Shown here: positions 1 through 9,252 of the stretch, piece after piece
How positions within the stretch are numbered: the first letter of the stretch is position 1
Layout of the letters: the number at the start of each line of letters is the position of its first letter
From: a virus
Lineage: Duplodnaviria > Caudoviricetes
DNA length: 53,086 nucleotides
Reading direction: 5' to 3' (one strand)
Virus record (IMG/VR): IMGVR_UViG_3300030330_004944
Span: 1-53,086 of that record
Translations under genes and position numbers: made by a program
Notes under the pieces: model-generated
What the model was told of the DNA's origin: nothing
Database searches by the model: none
What the model saw: the letters and a program-made list of their open reading frames with translations, nothing else

Positions 1-2
1 CC

Positions 3-389
3 ATACCAACATATGTAACATGCATGTATAGTGTTACAATAAGAACTGAATATCAACAACAAATGAACGATTTGGTGACTCCTTTTGTCACAAGAACAGG
101 GCAAATTAATAATTTTTTATTTGAACAAGAGGGTCATCGTTACGAAGCCTTTATAGAGCAAGAGTTTTCAGAAAATAAAAACACAACCAACTTGGGCGAA
201 GAAGAGAGAATGTTTGAAACCAAGATACAGATTAAAGTTTTAGGACATTTGATGGGAGAAGGAGTCAACCGAGAAAAGCCAAAGATAACCATTAGAGAAA
301 ATGTTGTAAAAGTTAGAATCTCTAGAGAAAGAGTTATCGTTGGAGATAAAATCCCTTGGAAAAAGAAAAATAACGACTATATAGACTAA
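3..389 (+). CDS. Tail terminator/sheath-stabiliser-like protein (T4 gp15-like), 5'-truncated
   Basis: Frame is open from the window edge (IPTYVTCMYSVTIRTEYQQQMNDLV resembles the gp15-type P-x-x-x-x-x-x-x-x-I-x-T-x-Y-Q-x-x-M motif); lies directly upstream of the sheath. Confidence 0.5.
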   Translation: MPTYVTCMYSVTIRTEYQQQMNDLVTPFVTRTGQINNFLFEQEGHRYEAFIEQEFSENKNTTNLGEEERMFETKIQIKVLGHLMGEGVNREKPKITIRENVVKVRISRERVIVGDKIPWKKKNNDYID

Positions 390-410
390 TGCGTTTTCCA
401 AGATGAAGAT

Positions 411-418
411 ACTATTTA
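411..418 (+). promoter_or_regulatory. Putative late promoter motif WCTAHTTA (also 3393, 5603, 28503, 31174, 40765, 41118, 45121, 47242)
   Basis: ACTATTTA before the sheath; same motif shortly upstream of tube and other genes that lack a TTGACA promoter. Confidence 0.6.
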
Positions 419-449
419 CTGTTGAGTAATAGTTTAAGGAGAAAAATTA

Positions 450-3392
450 ATGCCTAGTAAATTTGATTTTATATCACCAGATGTTGTGATTAGAGAAATT
501 GATCAGAGCCAAATACCGGTTGAAACAGCCGATGATGGCGCTTTGATAATTGGACAGGCCCTACAAGGTCCGGCGATGCAGCCAATCAAAGTTAAAAACT
601 TAGATGACCTCTACACAGTATTTGGAAGACCGCAAAGCGGAACAGGTAACAATTCTGATATTTGGAGAAATGGAAATTCAAAACTTCCAACCTACGGTCT
701 CTACGCAGCCCAAGCATGGCTTGCCTCAGAGACATCACCAGTTACATTCATGAGATTAGCTGGTAATGATCAAGTTTCTGGTCGAAGAGCTTCTGGTTAT
801 ACCAGAGCAGGTTGGAGCACCGGTCACAACTTGACACCCATAAATACAAATACTAACCAAGCAGCTTATGGTTTGTTTATAGCTCCCTCCGGGGCTGTCT
901 CCTCTACAGTAGAGGGAACGCTTGCTGCTGTTATTTATGCCAAAGACTGTGCTATTACGCTTTCTGGTAGTGTACATGGCGAAGATGGTGCCGAAATAGA
1001 TCAAGGTCCCAATATTTCTCGTGCGGGCATGTTTATAAATTCTCGTGGCGGAGTCGCAAATACATTTAAATTAGAATTTTGGAGGACAGGAGCAGGTGGG
1101 GCTGGTGGTGCCAACGATAATGTTCCCAACAAAGGCTTGATTGAGTCAAAAACATTTCACTTTGACCCAACCCAGACAAGTGGATTTATCAGAAATGTTT
1201 TGAATACAAACCCGCAGAAAATTGTATCCACAAATCAAAGCTCGACTGAATATTATTTCCTAGGAGAGACTTTTGAAACTGCTGTGAAGCAAACAGTAAC
1301 CGATAATAACAGTGGTACGACTGCGGGTAGTCAGATGGCAATTTTGATGCCATTAGCATCTGGTTCTGCTTATTGGTCTGAAAACTATAGAGAAGCAACA
1401 CCTGCAAAAACCGGTTGGTTCTTTAATAGAAACCCTAATCCCACCGGTGATCATATCGGCAACACTTTTGACAATAGAAAAAAACTCTTTCGTCTTGTTT
1501 CCCTTCATGAAGGAGAGTGGTTTCACAAGAATTATGTTGTGCGTATCACAGATCTTGCCCTAGGAAATACAACCGTGCCAGATTCTAGATTCTCAGTGCG
1601 TATTGCAAATTTACAAGGGACAATTGTTGAAGAGTTCACTGACTGCACATTGAACGAAGACAGTGCCAATTTTATTGGTAAAAAAATCGGAGATCAACGA
1701 CAAGAATGGAACTCCGATCTCAACAAATATCAAACCAAGGGACAATATCCCAACTTATCAAATTATATAAGAGTCGAAATGCACTCAGATTGGGAAGATG
1801 GTATACAGGATGAATATGCCATTCCTTTTGGGTATTATGGCCCTGCTGTTCCACCAAAAATTGGAATAACTTCTGGTTCTGCTACTTTGTCTACTGGACA
1901 TGTCAACCGGTTTGTTGTGTCAGCGACTACAGCATCTGTACCTTATGGTCACAATGAGGAAAAAAATGGGGTAAGGGTTTTTGCTCATCTAGGCTTACAT
2001 GCAGGTGTCTGTGACTTGTCATGGCCTAGTTTACAACTAACATCCCAAGGTACCAACGGTGGTTTCGATTATCCAGAAGATACATTCTTTGGAATAAGAC
2101 AGGCTAGAAGTAATGATGCTGGGCTAAGTCAAGATCAAGTCTATTATAGAAAAGATTATGTTGATCACTTGAGAGCTTTACCGGCTGGCTTAGATACTTA
2201 CGCAACCTCTGGGCCGTATCTCACTCCTTCGTTTGTATTCAGCTTGGATAATATTCGTGGAAATAATATGAACAGTGTATTCTATCATAGCTCTGGGTCA
2301 CACTATGCTGCCACAGCGATTACAATCACAAGCATGTCTGGTACTGATGGGCTGCTCTCTACATTTGGCGTAAAGCAATTTGTGGCTCCTTTCTTTGGAG
2401 GAACAGACGGAGTTGATATCACTCTTACAGATCCGTTCTCTTCTGCTGTTGTTTTGGACGTTGGCGGAGCAAATGAAAATAATTCTTATGCTTATTACTC
2501 TGTCAAGAAAATGATGGATATTGCCAAAGAAGAAGAGATTGTAAAATACGATGTAATTTCAATGCCGGGACTTGTTAATGATTCCCTTCGTTTTGATTTG
2601 GTTAATAATACAGCTAAAAGAGGTGATGCTCTAGCTATCATCGATATGGACTCTGGTTTTAAAGCTAAATTTGAAAACAGTGGCACAAAGACACTAGGTA
2701 CTTCAACTAGCGCAATTTCAGATGCCAAGACACAAGATTTTGACACCAGTTATGCTGCCACTTACTACCCCCCTGTTAGACTAGCGATGTCAGAGGGTGG
2801 AATCGAAGTTCCAGCTTCAGTTGCTGGTATTGGTGTTCTTGCTCAATCTGATGGTGCTGAAGGAAGTGCTCCATGGTTTGCCCCTGCAGGATTCAATCGC
2901 GGTGGAATCAAGAAACTTGGTGGAAATCAAGGACCAAGAATTTCAAAAGCAATTGAGAACCTAAATAAAGCAGATCGTGACAAGCTTTATGAAGTTAATA
3001 TCAATCCAATAGCCAACTTCCCCGGTGAAGGAACAGTTGTATTCGGACAAAAGACTCTGCAACAAACAGCGAGCGCTTTGGATCGTATCAATGTTCGAAG
3101 ACTCATGATTTATCTCAAGAAGAGAGTTGGTGCTGTTGCTAGACAAATCTTGTTTGACAATAATGTACAAGCAACATGGAACCGCTTTATCGCAAGTGTA
3201 GATCCAATCTTGTTAGATGTTAAAGCTAGGTTTGGAATAACAGAGTATAAACTTGTGTTGGATGAGAAAACAACTACACCCGATTTAATTGATCGAAATA
3301 TTATGTACGCTAAGGTATTTGTCAAGCCGGCTAGAGCTATTGAGTTCATTGCGATTGATTTCATTATAACAAGAACAGGAATTGAGTTCTAG
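450..3392 (+). CDS. Contractile tail sheath protein
   Basis: N-term FISPDVVIREID; C-term WFAPAGFNRG, INPI, GQKT, INVRRL, VKPARAIEFI sheath motifs; SD AAGGAG. Confidence 0.95.
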   Translation: MPSKFDFISPDVVIREIDQSQIPVETADDGALIIGQALQGPAMQPIKVKNLDDLYTVFGRPQSGTGNNSDIWRNGNSKLPTYGLYAAQAWLASETSPVTFMRLAGNDQVSGRRASGYTRAGWSTGHNLTPINTNTNQAAYGLFIAPSGAVSSTVEGTLAAVIYAKDCAITLSGSVHGEDGAEIDQGPNISRAGMFINSRGGVANTFKLEFWRTGAGGAGGANDNVPNKGLIESKTFHFDPTQTSGFIRNVLNTNPQKIVSTNQSSTEYYFLGETFETAVKQTVTDNNSGTTAGSQMAILMPLASGSAYWSENYREATPAKTGWFFNRNPNPTGDHIGNTFDNRKKLFRLVSLHEGEWFHKNYVVRITDLALGNTTVPDSRFSVRIANLQGTIVEEFTDCTLNEDSANFIGKKIGDQRQEWNSDLNKYQTKGQYPNLSNYIRVEMHSDWEDGIQDEYAIPFGYYGPAVPPKIGITSGSATLSTGHVNRFVVSATTASVPYGHNEEKNGVRVFAHLGLHAGVCDLSWPSLQLTSQGTNGGFDYPEDTFFGIRQARSNDAGLSQDQVYYRKDYVDHLRALPAGLDTYATSGPYLTPSFVFSLDNIRGNNMNSVFYHSSGSHYAATAITITSMSGTDGLLSTFGVKQFVAPFFGGTDGVDITLTDPFSSAVVLDVGGANENNSYAYYSVKKMMDIAKEEEIVKYDVISMPGLVNDSLRFDLVNNTAKRGDALAIIDMDSGFKAKFENSGTKTLGTSTSAISDAKTQDFDTSYAATYYPPVRLAMSEGGIEVPASVAGIGVLAQSDGAEGSAPWFAPAGFNRGGIKKLGGNQGPRISKAIENLNKADRDKLYEVNINPIANFPGEGTVVFGQKTLQQTASALDRINVRRLMIYLKKRVGAVARQILFDNNVQATWNRFIASVDPILLDVKARFGITEYKLVLDEKTTTPDLIDRNIMYAKVFVKPARAIEFIAIDFIITRTGIEF

Positions 3393-3412
3393 ACTATTTA
3401 TTAAAGATTAAG

Positions 3413-4041
3413 GAGAAATAAACCATGGCATTTTGGTCAACAAACGACATAGAACCTAAGAGAAATTTTAGATTTCAAGTAACCCTTGGAGCAGCAAGTA
3501 GCGCACCCGTGCTTTGGTGGGCTAAGACTGTAACAACACCTAGTTTTGATGTTTCTGAGACAGAGCATGATTATCTAGATAACAAATATTATTTTCCGGG
3601 GCGTGTAACTTGGTCAGAGGTTAGTATGACATTGGTCGATCCAATTTCCGTTGATGCTGTTGCACAAACTAACAAAATTATAGTAGATTCCGGATACGCA
3701 ATTAAAGACGGCCCAACTACCACAAAGTCAACTATCTCCAAGGCAAAATCGTCTAATGCTGCTGTGTCGACAATTGCGCCGCTAGCTAACGTTAAAATTG
3801 AAGTGTTGGATGCCGATGGTGTTGTAGTTGAAAGATGGACTCTCAAAGGAGCTTTCATAAAGTCAGCTAAGTATGGTGATTTGGACTATTCCAGTGATGA
3901 CCTCAGAACTGTTGAGCTTTCTTTAAGATACGATTATGCTTTGTGTGATAATATTAGTAACGGCCAGACAACAACAAACTTCAAACCAGTTTAGAACGAG
4001 AAATAAACCATGGCATTTTGGTCAACAAACGACATAGAACC
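3413..4041 (+). repeat. Exact 44-bp direct repeat at 3413-3456 and 3998-4041
   Basis: GAGAAATAAACCATGGCATTTTGGTCAACAAACGACATAGAACC read at both positions. Confidence 0.95.
3425..3994 (+). CDS. Tail tube protein 1 (T4 gp19-like)
   Basis: EPKRNFRF, PGRVTW, ERWTLKGAF, GDLDYSSDD, LRYD; follows the sheath. Confidence 0.88.
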   Translation: MAFWSTNDIEPKRNFRFQVTLGAASSAPVLWWAKTVTTPSFDVSETEHDYLDNKYYFPGRVTWSEVSMTLVDPISVDAVAQTNKIIVDSGYAIKDGPTTTKSTISKAKSSNAAVSTIAPLANVKIEVLDADGVVVERWTLKGAFIKSAKYGDLDYSSDDLRTVELSLRYDYALCDNISNGQTTTNFKPV

Positions 4042-4531
4042 GGTTAGGAAATACCGCTTCAAACTTGGAAACAAGTGGTGGTGGGCCAAATCAGTGTCAA
4101 AACCCTCTTTTGATATTGCCGTTGAAGAGTATTTATTAATCAATCACAAGATAAAGTATCCCGGTGTTGTAACTTGGAGTGATATTGAGATTGTAATTGT
4201 TGATTTTACCAACGAAAACAACAAATCCGTACAGGCAAGACACCTTTACGATGCTTTTGAAGGCAGAATTTCACGCAATTATGACTTTACAGGGACCTCA
4301 AGTGAAGGGTTTTCAAAGGAAGTTATGATAGCTGGAGTCAATGAGGTTATGGATGCTGCTGGGTTTATTATAGAACAATTTGATGCTAATGGAAACCGTA
4401 TTGAGAAATGGACCCTTATCAATCCAATGATAAAGTCTGTAAATTTTGGACAATTGGAGTATTCTTCCGATGATTTGTTAGAGATTTCCATGACTGTTGC
4501 GTATGATAGCGCAAAATTTGAACAAACTTAA
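4010..4531 (+). CDS. Tail tube protein 2 (diverged paralog)
   Basis: Same motifs (PGVVTW, EKWTL, GQLEYSSDD, VAYD); first 11 aa identical to tube 1. Confidence 0.82.
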   Translation: MAFWSTNDIEPVRKYRFKLGNKWWWAKSVSKPSFDIAVEEYLLINHKIKYPGVVTWSDIEIVIVDFTNENNKSVQARHLYDAFEGRISRNYDFTGTSSEGFSKEVMIAGVNEVMDAAGFIIEQFDANGNRIEKWTLINPMIKSVNFGQLEYSSDDLLEISMTVAYDSAKFEQT

Positions 4532-4544
4532 CTAAGAGGTATAA

Positions 4545-5399
4545 ATGAGTAGAAATAACCAAAATAGGCTTGGGGGAAATACACCAACACCCTCCGAACC
4601 ACCAACACAGGCAACAGAAAAGGCTTTTGACCCTTTAAGTTTTGTTGCGCCCACAGAATTCGTCGAACTTCCATCGAAAGGAGCTTATCCAGCCGGACAT
4701 GCTCTGCACAATAAAGAAGTATTGGAGATAAGATTCATGACAGCGAAGGAAGAAGATATTTTATCTTCCCAAGCTCTGCTGAAGAAGGGATTGGCTATAG
4801 AAAGAATGCTTGATTCTTTGATTGTCGATAAAAACGTCAAAGCAAATGATTTGTTGACAGGTGATCGAAATGCTTTGGTTATTGCGGCTAGAATATCCGG
4901 ATATGGCGCCAATTATAGAACGCAAGTGTCATGTCCCGCATGTGGAGAAAGAGATAACGTCAATTTTGATCTAAATAAGGCAAAAATAGAAGATTCGAAG
5001 GAAAACGAGACATTGGGATTGGTAAAATTGACTAATGGAAATTTTTCTACAAAAACACCTTATTCCAAGTTTGAAATTGAATTTAAATTGCTAACTGGTA
5101 AGGATGAAAACTTTCTGGCTAAATTAATAATGGACAAGAGAAAAAGAAAGATGAGAGAAACTGCTCTTACCGACCAATTCAAGATTATGATAGTGTCGAT
5201 TGAAGGTCACTCAGATAAATCAATTATTGATCGGTATGTAGATAATATGCCCACGATGGATTCACGTCATATCAAGGCTTGTTACAAGATTGCCTCTCCA
5301 GATGTTAAAATTACAGAAGATTTTACATGTGGTTCCTGTAGTTATCAGCAGGAATTGGAGGTGCCGTTTAATACGGACTTTTTTTGGCCTGACCGATAA
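4545..5399 (+). CDS. Baseplate hub assembly / tail assembly chaperone (T4 gp26-like)
   Basis: PTEFVELPSKG, RFMTAKEEDIL, two CxxC pairs, ends DFFWP; between tube and tape measure genes. Confidence 0.7.
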   Translation: MSRNNQNRLGGNTPTPSEPPTQATEKAFDPLSFVAPTEFVELPSKGAYPAGHALHNKEVLEIRFMTAKEEDILSSQALLKKGLAIERMLDSLIVDKNVKANDLLTGDRNALVIAARISGYGANYRTQVSCPACGERDNVNFDLNKAKIEDSKENETLGLVKLTNGNFSTKTPYSKFEIEFKLLTGKDENFLAKLIMDKRKRKMRETALTDQFKIMIVSIEGHSDKSIIDRYVDNMPTMDSRHIKACYKIASPDVKITEDFTCGSCSYQQELEVPFNTDFFWPDR

Positions 5400-5574
5400 A
5401 TACTCTGAGGCTCTTTATGAGCAAATATTTATTATGAAACATTATGGCGGATGGTCTTTCATCGAAGTCTATAACCTCCCAGTTGGCTTGAGAAACTGGT
5501 TTTGTGAAAGAATGAAGAAGCAATATGAAGAAGAAAAAAAGCAAATGGATAAATCATCCAAACGAAGAAGATAA
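5380..5574 (+). CDS. gp51-like chaperone extension, probably expressed by frameshift from the upstream gene
   Basis: YEQIFIMKHYGGWSFIEVYNLPVGLRNW resembles gp51/GT-type tails; no good start or SD; T7 run at 5379-5385. Confidence 0.6.
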   Translation, partial: FFGLTDKYSEALYEQIFIMKHYGGWSFIEVYNLPVGLRNWFCERMKKQYEEEKKQMDKSSKRRR

Positions 5575-5597
5575 TGCTCTGCAAGGGCATTTTTTTA
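5574..5597 (+). terminator. Intrinsic terminator
   Basis: ATGCTCT-GCA-AGGGCAT hairpin followed by a T run. Confidence 0.7.
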
Positions 5598-5629
5598 TTA
5601 GTACTAATTATTTTGATGGAGGGAATTAG

Positions 5630-5992
5630 ATGCTTGTTATTGACTTAGAAAAAGCCAAGGTCACGCTAAATGAGACATGGTCGGAAATGCTGGGAAGTTG
5701 GACTAAGACACTTCTTCGCTATATGTACGGAAAAGATGTTAATATGGTGGCGAACCTTAACGTCGTAAAGGAAGAAGAGGGACATGGTCCAAAGTTTGTG
5801 ATTAGAGGCAAATATAAGGATGTAAAAGCCTATTCCAAGGCACTATCGTCAGAGAAAAACTTCCTTGATGCCTTCAAAGAATTTGGAACAGATCACCCTC
5901 AAACAGAAAAAGCTAGAACCATCTTGAGACAAGATGTTAAGGAGTTTGAAAGAGTTACCGGATTGATTTGGCCTTTCAAAGATGAGGACTAA
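5630..5992 (+). CDS. Hypothetical late protein
   Basis: SD GGAGG; ACTAATTA motif upstream; tail-module context. Confidence 0.6.
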   Translation: MLVIDLEKAKVTLNETWSEMLGSWTKTLLRYMYGKDVNMVANLNVVKEEEGHGPKFVIRGKYKDVKAYSKALSSEKNFLDAFKEFGTDHPQTEKARTILRQDVKEFERVTGLIWPFKDED

Positions 5993-5995
5993 TAA

Positions 5996-8275
5996 ATGGC
6001 GACTATAGAGGAAAGACTTGCTGCTCTAGAGGAAGAGAACAAAGAACTCAAAAAGAAAATTGAAGATGGTAAAAAAATTAGCGGCCAATCTTCAAAAGAA
6101 GAAATCCAAACAGAACAAAGAAAACTTGAATTATTAAAGCAACAATCCTTGGCTCTTGGAGAGATAACCAATGCCTCCAAAATTGCTTTTGATCAAAAAA
6201 AGATATTTGATGATATTCAAAAAGTTGCTGCCAAACGAGGCATTCAAGATGAAAACGAAATAAATAAATTACTTAAAGAACAGACCGGCCTAACTGGTGA
6301 ACAGATAAAAAATGTCAAAGAACTTGCTAAAAGATATAAAGAGTTGGGTGCGGCAGGAGCCGAAGCTTTTGAAGAAACAAAGGGTGATTTTGAAGATATA
6401 GCACTTAAAATCGGATTAAATTCAACAGCAGCAAACAATGCCATAAAAACATTTCAAAAATTTAAATTTCACGCACAAGAGGGTGGAAAAGGCATAAAAG
6501 CCGCCTTTAGGGATGTTTTTAACTATAAAAAGATTGGCGGCGCAGTATTGGCACAAGTTATAGACTCAACTTTAAAGTTATCTTTAGCCGTTGACACCGC
6601 ATCAGCAGCATTCGCTGCGAACACTGGTGCCGGTAGAGCCATGCAACATCAAATAATGGAAGTTGGTGGGAGTTTTCGAAATTTAGGTATCGGAGCAGAA
6701 GATGCCGGAAAAGCAGCGGAAGTGTTATTTAATAATTTTTCCGGGTTCATGGGGACAACCAAAGCTGAACAAGAAAATCTGATGCAAACTGTTGCTGGGT
6801 TGGAAAAGATTGGTGTCTCCGGAGAAAGTGCTGCTCAAACCCTTGTGCTTATGAATAAAAACTTTGGCAAATCCACAACAGAATCAATCAAACTAACAAA
6901 GCAACTATCAATTATGGGTACAAAAATTGGTATTTCATCATCCAAGATGGTTCAAGGTTTTAACGAAGCAGCAAAACAGCTTGCCGTATATGGTGATGAT
7001 GCCATCAAAGTCTTTTCTGATCTTGCCGCTCAAGCAAAAGCAGCAAATGTTGAAACCTCCGCTCTTCTTGGTATAGCGACACAATTCGATACATTCTCTG
7101 GTGCTGCGGATGCGACCGGTAAACTGAATTCTATATTGGGAACTCAACTTTCAACGACTGAATTACTGACAATGAAAGAAAATGAAAGAATAGAAGCATT
7201 AATTCGCTCCATACAAGCACAGGGTATAGCCTTTAAAGATTTAGACAGATTCTCGCAAAAAGCAGTTGCCGCAGCAGCCGGAATCACCGATATGGCAGAG
7301 GCTCAGCGAATATTTACAATGAATATTAACGATTATAGAAAGGGCCTTCAAGAAGCTGCTGCAGAGGAGGAATTCAACAAGAGACTAAAAGATGCCATGA
7401 CTGTATTTAAGAAACTTGAAATGGTAGCTAAAAATTTTGCCATACAAATGACATGGGTTGTTGACATAGTGGCTAAGGCCGCGCAATGGATATTGGATGC
7501 CTCTACATTCACAAAGGCACTATTCGGAACAGTTGCTGTTGGTGTGCCAATTATGATTGGCCTTATGATGGTTATGTCGCAGCTAGTGCCTCTGTTTACA
7601 GCTTTTGGAACTGTTAGTGCCCCTGCCGCTAGCACAGGTTTATCAACGTTGGCAAAAGTCGCCCCACCAGCGTCTAACGCATTAGGTAAAGCTGCGCCAA
7701 AGTTATTAGCATTCTCAGCAGCAATTGGAGTTCTCGGGCTAGGCGTAGCTGCGATGGCTTACGGGATTGGTATAATGATATCCGAACTTCTAAAATTGAT
7801 AGAAATTGGCTTACAAGCGCCGAAAGCATTCATGCAAGTTGCTTCCGGTGTAGCAGTTTTAGCATCTGCTCTTATGATGGCTGGAAATCCTGTGGCTGTT
7901 CTGGGACTTGGAACACTATCAGTTGCTCTTGCTAACATTGGACTTGCCATTTCTATGATAGATACAGAAAAATTAGCTATACTTAGCAATATATTTGGAG
8001 GAGGAGCCACAGCAAGAGCCGCAATAGATTTTGAAAGTATGGACAGTGCTCTCACAACAATGGCAAAAGATGCCAACATTAAGCCAATCCTAGGAGATCT
8101 TGCTTTGGTTGCTGTTGGTAAGACCACACAAAAAGTGACAACAGAAAGCACCGGATATACTCTCCAACAGTTTTCTGCCAAATTTGACAATGTGTTCAAA
8201 CCAGAAATTGTTGTCAAAATCGGAGATAAAGAGCTTAAAAATATAGTCTATGAAACACAGAGGAAGAGTAATTAA
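5996..8275 (+). CDS. Tail tape measure protein
   Basis: Long helical Ala-rich protein with N-terminal coiled coil and Ala/Gly hydrophobic segments, downstream of tube/chaperone genes. Confidence 0.8.
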   Translation: MATIEERLAALEEENKELKKKIEDGKKISGQSSKEEIQTEQRKLELLKQQSLALGEITNASKIAFDQKKIFDDIQKVAAKRGIQDENEINKLLKEQTGLTGEQIKNVKELAKRYKELGAAGAEAFEETKGDFEDIALKIGLNSTAANNAIKTFQKFKFHAQEGGKGIKAAFRDVFNYKKIGGAVLAQVIDSTLKLSLAVDTASAAFAANTGAGRAMQHQIMEVGGSFRNLGIGAEDAGKAAEVLFNNFSGFMGTTKAEQENLMQTVAGLEKIGVSGESAAQTLVLMNKNFGKSTTESIKLTKQLSIMGTKIGISSSKMVQGFNEAAKQLAVYGDDAIKVFSDLAAQAKAANVETSALLGIATQFDTFSGAADATGKLNSILGTQLSTTELLTMKENERIEALIRSIQAQGIAFKDLDRFSQKAVAAAAGITDMAEAQRIFTMNINDYRKGLQEAAAEEEFNKRLKDAMTVFKKLEMVAKNFAIQMTWVVDIVAKAAQWILDASTFTKALFGTVAVGVPIMIGLMMVMSQLVPLFTAFGTVSAPAASTGLSTLAKVAPPASNALGKAAPKLLAFSAAIGVLGLGVAAMAYGIGIMISELLKLIEIGLQAPKAFMQVASGVAVLASALMMAGNPVAVLGLGTLSVALANIGLAISMIDTEKLAILSNIFGGGATARAAIDFESMDSALTTMAKDANIKPILGDLALVAVGKTTQKVTTESTGYTLQQFSAKFDNVFKPEIVVKIGDKELKNIVYETQRKSN

Positions 8276-8916
8276 TGCCTAATTTAAATATAAGCGATGA
8301 CAATTCAGTAGAGATATATGCCAACAATGCAAACGCTATCTTGATCATAAAAAGTACAATTACGGGCAACACTGTTAAATTCCCAGCGTTTTTAACAGAT
8401 TTTTCGCAGACTTTTTCAAGCAATTGGAGCACAGAAGACGTATACGGTCGAAATGACCCAATAGCTACCTTTCAATCCACAAGAAGAACTATATCTGTAG
8501 GGTTTAATGTACCAGCGGCAACACAAAAAGGGGCCGGAGAAAATCTTACCAAATGCTCTAATTTAGTTAAAATGCTATATCCCGGATACAGTAAATCTCT
8601 TTCTGGATTTGGCAATGTCATATCAAAGTCTCCACTAGTTAAAGTAAAGTTCGCGAACTTAATTGTATCTCCGATATCAACGGGTGATGAAGGTGGTAAT
8701 GGATTGTTGGGGTGGATAGATAATTTAAGTTGGAATCCTGTCTTGGATATGGGAATGTTCACGATGGCAGGAAACCTTTATCCTAAAGTTATATCATTAT
8801 CATTTAACTTCAATGTTCTTCATCAAACAGAACTAGGACAGGAAAAAGATGACGATGATTTGCCTTTAGGTGATTGGCTAGGTAGTCAAAAAAATTTCCC
8901 ATTTGGAAGAGGGTAA
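8275..8916 (+). CDS. Baseplate/tube initiator-like protein
   Basis: FSSNWSTEDVYGRNDPIATFQSTRRTISVGF is typical of contractile-system tube initiators; position after tape measure. Confidence 0.6.
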   Translation: MPNLNISDDNSVEIYANNANAILIIKSTITGNTVKFPAFLTDFSQTFSSNWSTEDVYGRNDPIATFQSTRRTISVGFNVPAATQKGAGENLTKCSNLVKMLYPGYSKSLSGFGNVISKSPLVKVKFANLIVSPISTGDEGGNGLLGWIDNLSWNPVLDMGMFTMAGNLYPKVISLSFNFNVLHQTELGQEKDDDDLPLGDWLGSQKNFPFGRG

Positions 8917-8919
8917 ATC

Positions 8920-9252
8920 ATGTCTAGATATACTAACAGAAACAAAGCTATTAATAATAAAGAAATGTATGATGAACTTTTCGAAAAAAGAGGTGTTAAA
9001 TCTATTGTACAGTACAGATCACCAAAAGCAAGATACATCAGTGACGAAGAATTAAATAAAGTTGATTGTATAGAGCATGTTTGGTCTTACGGAGATGATT
9101 TTTGGAAATTGGCTACTCAATATTATGGAAATCCGAATCATTGGTGGGTTATAGCAACATTCAACAGAAAACCAACACCAGATCACGTAAAATACGGTGA
9201 AAAAATAAAAATTCCCAAATCCTTATCAGATGCACTACAGGTAATTGAATAA
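8920..9252 (+). CDS. LysM-like baseplate wedge protein (gp53/tail X-like)
   Basis: GDDFWKLATQYYGNPNHWWVIATFN...GEKIKIP. Confidence 0.75.
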   Translation: MSRYTNRNKAINNKEMYDELFEKRGVKSIVQYRSPKARYISDEELNKVDCIEHVWSYGDDFWKLATQYYGNPNHWWVIATFNRKPTPDHVKYGEKIKIPKSLSDALQVIE

